From Trichoplax sp. H2 (taxonomy: Eukaryota), in NCBI GenBank assembly GCA_003344405.1, contig NOWV01000025.1, forward strand, positions 124,001-188,000: a stretch of DNA of 64,000 nt, in the 5' to 3' direction. This document shows, in pieces, positions 23,501 through 35,735 of the stretch. Under the pieces are notes generated by a model, which ran no database searches, had not been told where the DNA came from, and was given only the letters and a program-made list of their open reading frames with translations. The number at the start of each line of letters is the position of its first letter. Position 1 is the stretch's first letter. The translations under genes were made by a program, and so were the position numbers.

Positions 23501-26500
23501 CATGCTGAAGAAGTCGAAGAAGCTAAACACAACGGTGATAATATTGATAAATTGTTAGAAAGACAACGGCAAGAAGCTAATGCCCTGGAAGCACGATTAA
23601 AAGCTGAAGAAGCTGAAGAAGAACTTGAGATGAATAAAAAACTAAATGAAGAAGCTATCAATTCACTCAAACAAGCTAATAAAGATATATTGGAACGTGT
23701 TGCTCGCTCTAAAGGGCTTGATGAAGAAATGCGAGATCGCTTAGTTGATGAATACCGTGATTACACGAAAGCATTAGAAGATGAACAATCAGCTCAGCGT
23801 AGTGCGAAACAAGCAGACATTAAAGAGCGGCTTGTCAATAGGCGAATGAAAAGATTAGAAGCCGCGCAAAAGAATCTACAGGAGGAAAAAGTGAAAGATG
23901 TAGAGAAAGAACGTGATAAATTACTTGAAGAGGTAACTCCGACGTCAGGAAACAATGATGGGCAAATCTTAATTCCTGAAGTTGCTGTCGTAGCTCAATC
24001 CTCCGAAGAGACTGCCTTGAAACAAGAGCAAGAACGAGTTCTCGAAGATTTACGAATGCGACAAAAAGATGATCTTGAAAGTTTCACACAACGTATTGAG
24101 CGCGATTCAAAGGAAGATGAAAGTAAACTTGCACAAAAATTAGAAAATAGTAAGCAAAAGAAAGTACGCGAAATGAAGAACAAACAAGCTGCTGAACTTG
24201 CCGCTCGCGGTAATAGTATGTCGACTGATGAAACAGCAGCATTAATGGCATCACATCAACGTGAGTTAGCTGAATTAGAGAATAAACTTGATCAGGATAA
24301 GCACCGTCAAAAACTAGCATTAAAAGAGAAATTACGTAAAAGGAAAAAGAATAAGCAACAAGAATTTGTTGATAAACAGGAACAAGAATTAGAAAAAGAG
24401 ACGCTTGAACAAGAGAAAGAACTTTCTGAAGTTCGCAAAAAGAACGTTAAGGAGGCTGAAAAACAGGCCATGATCGCTGGTATACAACAAAACGGCGTCG
24501 AAGCTGGTGATTTAATCGTACGTAGAGTATTAGAACAACGTCACGCTGATGAAATGAAAGCCTTAGAGAAACAGTTTGAAGCCGAACGTAAAAAGAGCGT
24601 CGACGATGCGTTAACGGTATTATTAAAGAAACAGGCAGCAGAACGTGAAGCAATGTTAGCAAAACATCAGAGCGAATTGGAAGATCTTGAAAACTCTGAT
24701 TTAGCACCAGATGAATTAGAACAGCAGAAATCGAACTTATTAAATAAACAGCAATTAGAGTTGAGCAAATTGGAGCAAAAGCATGAAGATCAACGTAAAC
24801 GATTAGAACGTAGTACATTAACTGATTTAGAAGTCAAGTTTGCCAATGAAAAACTGAAATTGAAAGAACAACAGTATAAGGAATATGCTGACGCATTAAG
24901 TCAGTTAACACCAGAACAAGATGCTGCTGTTAAAGTTGAAAAGGCCAAAGTAGCTGCACAAGATTTAGATAATTTGCGGAAAAAACTGGAAGTACAACGT
25001 CAAGAACAAGAAGAAAAATTGAAGCAAGAACGTAATGCGTTTGAGGCTCAGGCAGAAGATGATCTTGCTAAAGCAATTAAAGACTTCGATAAACAATTAG
25101 AGAAAGAAATGGACTTACAGAAACAAAAGTTAAAGCAAGATATTGAAGAATTGGACGCTCGGAAAACTAAAGCAATAGAGGAAAAGAAAGAACAAGCTAA
25201 ACAAGAATTGGAAGCGAAGCAGAAAGCTGGTAGTAGTAAGGAAGAATTGCAGCGCTTAACTGATCAACATGAAAAAGATTTACTAGCGTTACAAAACAAA
25301 TTGGATGCTGACCGTATGCGCATGGAAAGTAGTTTGCAAGAGAAGTTACGTAAGCGCAAAGAAGCTGCTCGCAAAAAGAAGGTTCAAGACGTTGAAGCCG
25401 CATTAGATGAAAGTAAGAGAGAGCACGAAGAAGAATTGCATAAACAAGAAGAAGAAATTAAGAAGGCGGAAGTAGAAGCGTTGTCAGAGGTATTACACAA
25501 AGCTGCTAAGGAGAATGAATCATTGCAACAAGCAATTCCAGGACAGACGACGTCTCAAGCACAGTTATCATCAGTCATATCAGGCCAGCAAGCATTGTCT
25601 ACAGCTATGCCCGCATCATTCCAAATGGCAGCCCCACTGTTAGATAACGAGTTGAGTAATCTTTTAGTAGGGTCACCACTATACGCTAAATTAGATGAAA
25701 TACGCAGCCTTATACGTGAAGGTCCAAAATCAGATAACGAGGCAAATAATGACAGTGGCTACATTGATCCTAAAGATGCTACGTGGATTAATGATACAGC
25801 TTTGATCCCTCTAGACATTCAGAAATTAAACTCTCGCCTGTTTATTGTCTACAAATTTGGACAATTTATTTCCGATTTGCTTTCAATAGAATGCCAGCAT
25901 CCAACAGTCACCCTGTTAATTGCTGAAAAGATTCCACCCAATAATCACTTACATCATAATGCTTATCGTAATTCTTTCTATTATGATTCACATAATCGCT
26001 TCTTATACATCAGAGTTGAGCGATTAGAGAATGTTGGAGAATTTGTACTCGTTTTAACCCACATTTTATCCCATATTAAGTGTGGTGATATGATCAATGA
26101 CAATAATCCAGGATTTGCTGCTAAATTTTATGCTGGTTTGTCAGTTTTGTGTGATGACCTCTTCTTCTCGCGCTACAAGACTTCAACAGCTGTAACTAGT
26201 CAAGATCGAAAAGGACTACATTTACTGCAAGTTTTATTTGGTAGTGCTTCGAACCATGCTGACAAAGTCAATGTTGTCGATAATCTGTTAGATATGAAAT
26301 TGAAACGAGGCAATGATGAAGCTGCGTTTTCTAAAGAACAATTGCGATCGCGATTATCACAATATTCAGATTTCACAGTTAGTTCTAAATTACATGAATA
26401 CCTTGGCTCTATACATGATCGACTAAGTTTAGCCCGTGAACATGGTAAGTATTCTAATGTTGACTAAATAGCTATTGATGTAATGTTACAAATTGTTTGT

Positions 26501-27315
26501 TAAAAGTATTGCATTGTTTTGGCTAGGTATCGAGGACTATGTCGATAAAAAACTGATGGAAATCAAAGCTATTGATAATTCTGATACTACATATCATTCT
26601 CATGCTGTGACTGCAACACCGGCTACTGGTAAAAACATGATTAGACAATTGACTCGAACACAATCCAAATTGTCTTCAAATGGACATATCGGACGAAATG
26701 CTGCTTATGAAATCTCTGGAGCTAAGACCCCACAAGTGGCACCTGCAGCTACTGATGCAGAATCATATCAGCGATTTATGCAGGTAACTAACCTATTCTT
26801 AAATTACTAAGTATTAATATTGTAGTCGCGGTATACCATGTTTAGAATTATCATTTTAAACGGTATTTTCTCATCAGATCAATATACCATTTTCTTAAGT
26901 AAAGGCACCAGTACTGATTTGATCTGTTTATGAGACTTTTAATTAAAGTTACTCAAGCGTGTGCTACTATATCTATTATCCAAATTAGATACAAATCAGC
27001 GATTTGGAAGAACGTATTGACAACGTATCGCAAGAGTTTAGTGATATAGCACGAGAAGTTATTGATACTTCTTCATTAATGACGTCATTGGAGGAAGAAC
27101 GAAATGCTCAAATTGATTACTTGAAGACCATACCAGAGTCAAGCTCAGCTTATAAGAAAAAATCGAGAGAATTGAAGGATACCACTGCTAAATTGGTCGA
27201 TGCAAAATTGCGTTTACAAGCTGCATCGATTAAAAAGGAGCAACATCAAACTAAACTTGAAGAACTACAACAGCAATTAATGGAGAAAAATCAACAACTA
27301 TCTAAGAAATCGTAA
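2346..27315 (+). CDS. Giant (~7,858 aa) single-pass membrane protein: signal peptide, Cys-rich GCC2_GCC3/Ephrin_rec_like-type repeats, TM helix, coiled-coil cytoplasmic tail, C-terminal globular domain
   Basis: Manually spliced coding exons: 2346-2409, 2575-2683, 3234-3321, 3482-7874, 8106-26444, 26527-26783, 26989-27315. All introns are GT-AG with matching phases. Total 23,577 nt = 7,858 codons + TAA. This joins track ORFs 3506-7945, 8555-26467, 26493-26810 and 27004-27315. Hundreds of C-x2-C-P-x-G-[YF]-x-C motifs. Confidence 0.92.
3680..4552 (+). repeat. Intragenic near-identical tandem triplication, 291 nt (97 aa) x3
   Basis: CCCTGCCCAAG(T/C)GGTTATTACGCAGATAGT at 3680, 3971 and 4262. A diverged fourth start is at 4553. 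The frame is preserved. Confidence 0.95.
22019..22093 (+). other. Single transmembrane helix of the giant protein (~aa 6,190-6,214)
   Basis: WPLIFGLLGLIGALVLLLVIVVIAW is followed by the basic stop-transfer KPKE...RKTLRPRYK. It is the only long hydrophobic run after the signal peptide. Confidence 0.9.
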
Positions 27316-28699
27316 ATATTAGTTGACTTTGTAGTTATTTCTTATTATAATATTTTAATTATTTGATTAAAGATGAATTAGCTTAGGACTATTGAACGAT
27401 AGCTACTCATATGTAGCGATTTATTTCAACTAAATAGATCTAAAATTAGAAAGTCAACAGATAAATAGTTAAGCAAATACGTTTATTAAAAATTTTCTAT
27501 TACAAAGTACATTTATGATAGCACACCATGGACAACATGTACTATTTAGTGCATGGATTAAGATAGCCAACCATTAGGCATCTTGAGCGTATTTGCAATT
27601 TTTTAATGCTAGTTTTATTGAGTAGCTTTATTTATAACCATTTTTTCAACATTAATGCTGTTTGATACTACCAGTCTTGTATTCAACATTATTTTTGCAA
27701 TATTAACTGGTGGTAATATTGCATTTACCAATAATCATTTGCAATTTTTTTAACCAACTGTTTTAGATATCGTTTTTTTAAGTGTACTAAAGTAGAATTA
27801 AGGTACCTTGTTTAGATCAAATGTTTGTCGTATATTAAAAGATTAGATACAATTTTTATAATTATTATGGTATTGCATTTAAACTAGAAAAACATAATCT
27901 AGACGAAAAATGTCACTTACATTTGATGTATTATAGCATTAGTTGGCGTTTATCCAACTTTATTTTGTAATCCGACTTGGATAAGGTATATTACCATAAT
28001 AGAAATGATTTTATTTTCCTTTTAGGATAATTTTTGTATTTTGTACGCAACATTCGTTTTTAATCATATCAATTAGCGTAGTATAAGATAAAAATGACAC
28101 AAGTCTTGCTGAACTGGTGATGAAAATATCAATGATTCCGTTCGCAAATGCAATTGGAGAGTTTCTTTGCCCGGTCTATTTGTTATTACATTCTAGATCA
28201 TTTTTCATGGGCATTCAATCAATATCGAGTAAACAACACTTATGAAATGAATTGGTCTTGCAATTGCAGCTAATATCATTGATTTTAAAGATTTCAATCA
28301 TTTTTCATATACATTAGATACAAATTATTTTTAACGGCATTCATTAATATCCAATAAAAAATTCTTACTTAATACTTAATGTATCGAATTGGTTGACACT
28401 TCTTCTTGAATCATCAATTACAGTTTACTATTTCTTCCAAATTGGTAATAGAATTATAGCATGATGAATTAACTATTTATTGATATCCAAATAGTTCTCA
28501 ATAATCTTGAGATAGTATTAGGGCGAAAATATTGTAATCGATTTATGTTGATCATCAACTTAAATATTGGATATGTAAGAAGTACCATCTAAGATGTTTG
28601 CAATAACTGAACACTGAGTTAGCTAGGTGACGAGTTTCCAACACAAATACATTATAATTCTTTGATTTTACTGCAAAATAAATGCGGTTTTAAATTTAG

Positions 28700-29990
28700 A
28701 TTTCTATTATATTGGCACTACCATTACAGAATTTAATAAATAAATTCCATTCTACTTTCCCGAACGAAACTCCAGTAGAGCTCTAGGGTATATAGCGAGT
28801 AAAGTTTGAGTTTAATTTCTTATATCCCATTACTATTTAAGTATTGCAATATCAGAGTTCATTAGATTGATTATATACTACTTTCCTGACTAAACTTCGA
28901 TCTCTACATTCAACTCATAGTGTATTGCTGTGCTAAGCTTCAAGAGAGCTCTATGTGATATAGGATAAATAAAGTTGGCGTCTAGATTCTCATCTTCTGT
29001 CACTTCATAGGTACTGCTATGTCAAAATTAGCTTAATTCCACACTGCTTTTCTGAACTAATCTCCAACTCCTATATCATATGTAGTGAGCACAGTTCGAG
29101 AATAGTTCTCTTATATTCTATTAAACTAATTATTATATCGCTATTTCCATATCAAAATTTGTGGTATTAATTCTGCACTACTTTCTAGAGTTAAACTCCA
29201 ATCTCTATATGATATGTTATACAGTGAGCAAATTTTAAATTAACCTTCCCTATTCCATTAATATACCGACATTGCCATATCAAACTCCAATTTCTATGTA
29301 GCATTTAGTAGAATACGTATTGTTTGAGCTAGTGCATATTTCATTATTATATATAGAGGCACTACCATATCAGACTGTATCAGATTAATTTTACTTTACT
29401 TTCCGTATCTAAACTCTGATAGGGTTCTATATGATATGCTCGTCTAGTTAGTGAAACTGAAATTAGTTTCTTGTATTCTATTATTAGACAGGTCTTTACT
29501 ATATGGCTTTACTGGATTAATTCTATGCTATTTCCCTTAAATTAAACTTCAATTTCTATAAGATACATAGTGGGCACAATTCATGATAGTTCTTTCATAT
29601 TCTATTGAATACATTAGTATTATCATATCAGAGTTTTACTAGATTAATTTTACGCTATTTCTCTGAACTAAACTTTAATCTCTAATCTGCATAGTTTCGG
29701 GTTAGTCTTGCACATTTTATTAAGGTAGCATATAAGCATTGCTATATCAGAATTGATCAAGTTAATTCGACTTACTTTCCTAACCTAGACTCTAATCTCT
29801 ATACAGTATACAGTATATCGTTATAATTTAAAGCTAGCTTTTCATTTCTCCGTTAATATACATGAAGGTATTACCATTTCCGAATGAATTCGATTAATAC
29901 GTCGCTATTTTCCAGAACTAAAACCTCAACTTTTACACAATATCCAGCATTATAGGCATCATTTAAAATTTATCTCCCATATTCTATTAT
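28700..29990. repeat. Highly degenerate tandem array, ~120-130-bp period, roughly 9-10 copies
   Basis: Recurring blocks CCATATCAGA...ATTAATT...CTA(C/T)TTTCC...AACTAAACTCCAATCTCTAT...ATTCTATTA. AACTAAACT-like anchors are near 28783, 28889, 29055, 29190, 29409, 29541, 29666, 29782 and 29916. Confidence 0.75.
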
Positions 29991-30629
29991 TTTATTGCCT
30001 ATTAGAGTAAAAATTTTATAATTTATTAAGTTAAATCTAGCTGTATGTTTTACTTCAGCTTAAAACTTTCAGTACAAGAAAGATCGATTTTAGCATACTC
30101 TTGCAAAATAGGTTAGATAAGGCTATAAGTTGCAGTGCTATAAAGGTTGAAGATGATTTTATACCTATTTTATACCTGCTTCGATACAGCTTATAAACTT
30201 ACCTAACCCACTTCAAAATATTTGTATATCGTACTTAAAGCTAAAAGTTTAAGTTGGCAAAACCTAGAAACAATACGTCAGTATTTCGTCATTTAATATT
30301 TATTTCTTTTCCCACGAGCTCAACTGAATTATTGATATGATCGTAATTTACAAAAGGTTAGCGCCAATCAGCCAATATATTATTTTACTAAATTTTGGAT
30401 AGACTGCATAATATGCAGCATCTATCAAGAGATTCACCATGAAATCGAGGGTTCCCATGAGATAATGACACATAATTTTCGTTGTCATGATACCAATTCC
30501 CAGATCAATGTGTCTAGACTAGTTATTATTTTTATTTTTCATCATGTTGACTAGGAGGCTACCTACCTATCTACCGATAGAATACTCGATTAAGATCCAT
30601 TATTACAACATTTTAATCGGTGATTCATG

Positions 30630-31550
30630 TAGATTTGAGTATGTGAGACGACTATTTAATAAGTCTACTTACCGATTTGGGTGTGTAACAAGACGATTAT
30701 ATAATAAGTCTAGCTACGGATTTGAGTGTGTAAGACGATGGTTTTATAAGTCTACAGTACTTATAGACTTGAGTTCGTAAAGTGACGATTTAATAAGTCT
30801 ACCTGCCGATTCGAGTGTGCAAGACGATGATTTAATATGTCCACTTACAGATTTGAGTGTGTAAGGAGATAGATAGTTTAATAACTCTATTTGCAAATCG
30901 GAATGTAAAAGACGACGGTTTAATAAGTAGTCTAGCCTGATCCTAATCCTAAGTAACTGCTTACTACTTGCAGATTTGAGTGGGATAAGACTGTGGTTTA
31001 GCATTTCTACTTGCAGATTTGAGTGTGTAAGACGATGGTAAATAAATCTACTTATAGATTTTAGTGTATAATTAAACGATGGTTTAATAAATTTGCTTAA
31101 ATATTAGACTCAGATTTGAGTATAAAACGATGATTTAATAAATTTATTTACAGATTTAAGCGTACAAGACGATGGTTCAATAATCTACTTATAAATTAGA
31201 CTCAGATTTGACTACATAAGACGATGGTTTAATAAATTCGCTTACAGATTAGACTCAGGTTTGAGTGTGTAAGACAATGAATGGTTTAATAAATCTACTT
31301 ACAGATTCAACTTCGATTTGAGTGTATATGACGACGATTTAATAAGTCTACTTTACTATCTAGTCTGCCTAAACCCAAGAACTACTAGATACATCAGAAA
31401 GGTATATCTATAGAGGTAGCCCATGCCTAACCCTAATCTTAAATCTAGTTACAGATTTGTGTAGATAACAGGATAGCTTAATTAGGCTACCTACAAATTT
31501 GAGTGTGTAAGACGATGGCTTAATTAATCTACTTCTTGATTTGAGTGTAA
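30630..31550. repeat. Minisatellite, ~42-bp unit GATTTGAGTGTGTAAGACGATGGTTTAATAA(A/G)TCTACTTACA, roughly 17 diverged copies
   Basis: Units start at 30632, 30674, 30719, 30766 and onward. Later units carry an extra TTAGACTCA segment, and the array is interrupted near 30930-30965 and 31355-31445. Confidence 0.92.
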
Positions 31551-33199
31551 AGTAATTAGTTAGATCGGATTATTTAAAAAACTCTTATGGATTAATTGTC
31601 AATGAAAAATGGATGGAATGGACCAATTTTATATCGATCTTGTCGAGCTTTTATTATAATATTTATAGCTAAAGATTGGTCGACATCTTTCTTTGATTTC
31701 TTAATAAATACATGCATTAAAAAAAAATTCCCGCTTACATCATAGCAGGAAATCATTTAACGAAGAATTTTACGGCCGTATACATGATGGGAAATAGTTT
31801 AAAATGTTTCAAGAAATAGGTTACATTACAGTATCCATATTAGTGTTCTATTCGAATTGGGCTCCAGGTTAGAATTTTAGGACAATTTAAAAGTTTGGGC
31901 GGGCTTTCGGTTGCAAAGTGTCCTCGAGCTAGTCACTACTGCAGACTAAATGAAGGGATTAATTCCCCCCAAAAGGAGAATCAAAATCGTTGAATTGGAG
32001 ATCCTATGTGTAGTATGTTCGTGATTAGATACCCGTTGTCTATAACATCGCATTTTTGAGACGAGAATTTGGTCTCATTCTATCCTTAAAGAATTAATCT
32101 GTTTCATGTAACTTCTATCTGATTCTCCTAAACTACTGCACTCCATCGCCTGTGGTGATCTACAAATTCAAAAAGCTAACACTTTGCTACAACACAAGGT
32201 CAAATGAAAAAATTGGATAATGTTATTTATTCATTTATTTTTATTTTTTTGTTGTTTCTTATACATAGAAAAAATGACAGCAAAGGATTCCTTTGTTATC
32301 CTTTCCTGTTTATGGCCGTAATATGAAACACCTGTACCATAGACATTATTGCCATAGGTGCTATTATTTTGCTAGCTGCTATTGATCAATTTTTTATTTC
32401 CATTTTGACTATTTTGAAAACAGTTTGAGTGAAGAGAATCCAATCAAGTTGGCTCCATTAACGCTGACGTAATCTTCCATTTTTAATACATTTTTCATCA
32501 CAGATGCTAAAGGGGAGGAATAATGTTTTTCCTCACCATCCTGTCATGGATCCATTCGATATTAAAAGGCTAAAGTCGATATTATTCTATTGGAATCACT
32601 TTTAGTAGCTTTTGTAGACTTTCTCATTTCAAACAATTTTTTTTAAATTAGAAAATGATAAAATGTTTTTTTTGCTCGATATTTCAATTGACTCTAAAAT
32701 CTAATAGATGAGTATCGAGCAATTCTGGTATTTTTTATTTGTTTGTTTTACCGCCATTTAGAGTGTACAACAAAATACGCGCCCAGACACATCAAGAAAG
32801 ATTTCAAAATAGAATCATTGTATTTAAACATGATAATGTATTGACAAACAGATGCTATGGACGATTCAATAACTTTTAGCGTATTACTCGAACTTTTATT
32901 TACTAAAACTGTTGGCATACATTAATCATGGGCAAAATCAACTTATTGTGTCATGAATACTCATGGTTGATTTGAAACAGGTGCTTTACCGCCGACAGCT
33001 TGTCCGTAGTTGAATAGGATCGATTTTCCTTTAGACGCTATTATAAGGTAAAAAGTAAAGAATAAAATTAAGCCACGCTTGAATATCTTGCAAAGGGTTA
33101 ACAAAGATGACACTGTATTAACACTGTTAGAGTAGTTAAGATACAGTATATTATTTCACCCTTGTTGATATCAAAGCCTACAGGCCAATTTTGTAATAT

Positions 33200-33600
33200 T
33201 GGAAAAAAATTTCTTTCCATCTTTTGCTAGTAAAGTGATTAAAAATGAGTTAATGGTTATATGCGTATTCGAAATGAAAAGCCAATGATAACTAGATAGA
33301 GTTATTTTATATTTTCAGCATATTAGTAGAACATAAGTTTCACATCAAAATTTTCTTTCTGTCTTTGGTTAGTAAAGTAGTAAAAACTTTGTTAGTTCCT
33401 CTATTACAATGGAAAGGCCAACGATAAACAGACTAAATTTTTTTTAGTTTAATCCATCAGTAAATGAACAATTTCATCCAAAATGTCTTTCTACGTTCTA
33501 CCTCTTGCTATAGCAAAGAGATCATTTTACCAAGTGCTAAAGGTAAAAGGCTAACGATGAATGGTTGGAAATCCCTCTTACTCTAGCATTAGAAAATAGA
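33200..33600. repeat. Degenerate tandem repeat, ~135-bp period, ~3 copies
   Basis: AAA(G)GC(C/T)AA(C/T)GAT near 33278, 33412 and 33546. AAAAT(T/G)TCTTTC...AG(T/C)AAAG near 33206, 33347 and 33480. Confidence 0.6.
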
Positions 33601-33739
33601 ATTGTTCAAAAAATGACTCAGACTGCCGTATTTTCTTATCCAATATGATTAATAATGAAGTACTATGCGGTAACGGCAACCATTTGTAAATCATGGATGC
33701 AATATTGAAACTGCCGTAAAAAATAATTACCTATGTCTT

Positions 33740-33989
33740 GTGGACCAATATAAAGTAATAACCTTCATTTATTTTTATGAATTACAGTATAGTAGTATGA
33801 AAAGTGGACCAATATAAAGTAATAACCATCATTATTTTATGAATTACAGTATAGTAGTATGAAAAGTGGACCAATATAAAGTAATAACTTTCATTTTTTT
33901 ATGAATTACAGTATAGTAGTTTGAAAAGTGGACCAATATAAAGTAATAACCATCATTTTTTTATGAATTACAGTACAGTAGTATGAAAA
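33740..33989. repeat. Near-perfect tandem repeat, 62-64-bp unit x4
   Basis: GTGGACCAATATAAAGTAATAAC at 33740, 33804, 33866 and 33928. Confidence 0.97.
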
Positions 33990-35540
33990 TAAATCCCATG
34001 TAAAAAGATTGCTATGTGTTGTATGTTATGTTATGATATATACAGCACTATGCCCTCCGGTAGTAAGGGGACGAAAATTGCTTCCTGTCGTTATAGCAGC
34101 AGGGTAGATCAGAAGCGAAAGGTAACTAGGGCACTATAAGATCATTTCAACCGATTCGTTGAAAAAGAATTCATTAGCAAAAATAATTAAACAGCCTAGG
34201 TATACTCTAAACTACAATCAGTGATAAATAAAAAATTCTTCTTTATAACTGTATATCCAAGCCGAAAGTAAATGGAATCAAAATTGTTCCAACTGAAAAT
34301 ATCTCCTTCCGTCAATTAGTTCGAGAATGAATCTGTTCTTGTAAATCTCCTTTAAAGTTAATAGTAATGTGATTTCCAGGATAATCCATTGTTACCATGG
34401 ATTTACTTATTAATTAAGATTAGACATTTCTACTCGGAATGATATCTTTGACCATTAATAAGTCTCTATTATCGTATCATGCTATTTTATCAATATCAGT
34501 CTCTTTAAAACAGGAATAATATTCCTTTCAATCCAATGAAAAAATTTTTCGCGCCACGGCATTTCTCAAATTGCTCGACCATTGTAACTAATAATAACCA
34601 CTAGAAAACTATATATTTTTTGGTTATTTTCCTTAATTCACGGCTTAAAGTGATGACCAATCTATCATAACTTATTCCTTCTTATTTTGTAATACAACTA
34701 GGCCATGCAGCGTTTACAATTATCCTGTCTGCCGTTGAACTAAAAAAGAAATTCAATTTCTCGCTGCCTTGGGCGATTTTGAACATGGATTCACGTCCAT
34801 ACTTTTATTTTTTACCGCGTGATACATCTCGACTAAATCCTTCAAACTAACTCAACCAATTCTCCCTCTTTCATCGCTTTAGCGGTTAAGAGTATAAATT
34901 TCAGTTGTATTGAAAGTGCAAGTCATTAAGCACCGACATGTTGTCATTGTATTTGCATTTCTTTGTTACTAGCACGCTGCCATTAATTTACCGCTTCATT
35001 TCGACATAATAGAATGTTGTCAATGGTGGAATCGCGCCAGACGGTAGCGAGTAATTATTTGGATTTAGCAGGTGACAATCAATAAGTTTATTATTCAACT
35101 GTCAATTCATAACTTAGTCAACAAGTAAGATCTTTATTTTACATAAAGCGTTTAGCGTTTATTGAAGAGCATGTTTTGTATGTCTTGTGTTAATCGGTAA
35201 TAGAAAAAGGGGAAAATAATAACTCTATACTTTTCCACTTTTTTATTCTAGTTCCATGTCGTGACCAGATTGACTGTAATCCGTTCTAGTCAACTATTGT
35301 CATGACGGCAATCTTCTGTTCTAGGCCACTCTTTCGATCCTGCTCTATTTTATTTTCTACCTTGATATATTCTATTTCGCATTCTAATTATTGTAAGCTA
35401 TTACGATCACTCTACTGCTCTTAGTTATAATTAGAATCCTACTCTATTTACTTTCTATCAATGTTCTATATTTGTATTGAAATGACTATCAAATTGGATT
35501 AACATGTTAGCATTAGCAACGTATAGAAATCATAAACGAC

Positions 35541-35735
35541 TCTTTCCGTAATCATCAAGTAAAAGCATCGCACTCTTCTCTTTATTCCTATTTTCCTTAA
35601 GCATAAAAATGATAGGCGATTCTTGCCGTAATCATCAAGTAAAAATATCGCACTCTTCTCTTTATTTCTATTTTCCTTAAGCATAAAAATGATAGGCGAT
35701 TCTTGCCGTAATCATCAAGTAAAAACATCGCACTT
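35541..35735. repeat. Near-perfect tandem repeat, 80-bp unit x~2.4
   Basis: CCGTAATCATCAAGTAAAA at 35546, 35626 and 35706. Confidence 0.95.

Noticed and set aside
4299..25403. Dozens of short ORFs nested in or antisense to the giant CDS
   Set aside because: They are off-frame or antisense shadows of a repetitive, codon-biased exon (V/L/I/Q-rich or S/F/L-rich), with no independent domains or splice logic.
28000..28680. Decayed coding sequence or transposon relic on the - strand (similar impression at 34260-34800)
   Set aside because: Frequent stops, no identifiable transposase/RT motif, and no terminal repeats found; unsupported without a TBLASTX search.
30630..31550. 42-bp array as a CRISPR array
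   Set aside because: Units are head-to-tail diverged copies with no unique spacers and no cas genes, in a spliceosomal-intron eukaryotic context. The same applies to the 62-bp and 80-bp arrays.
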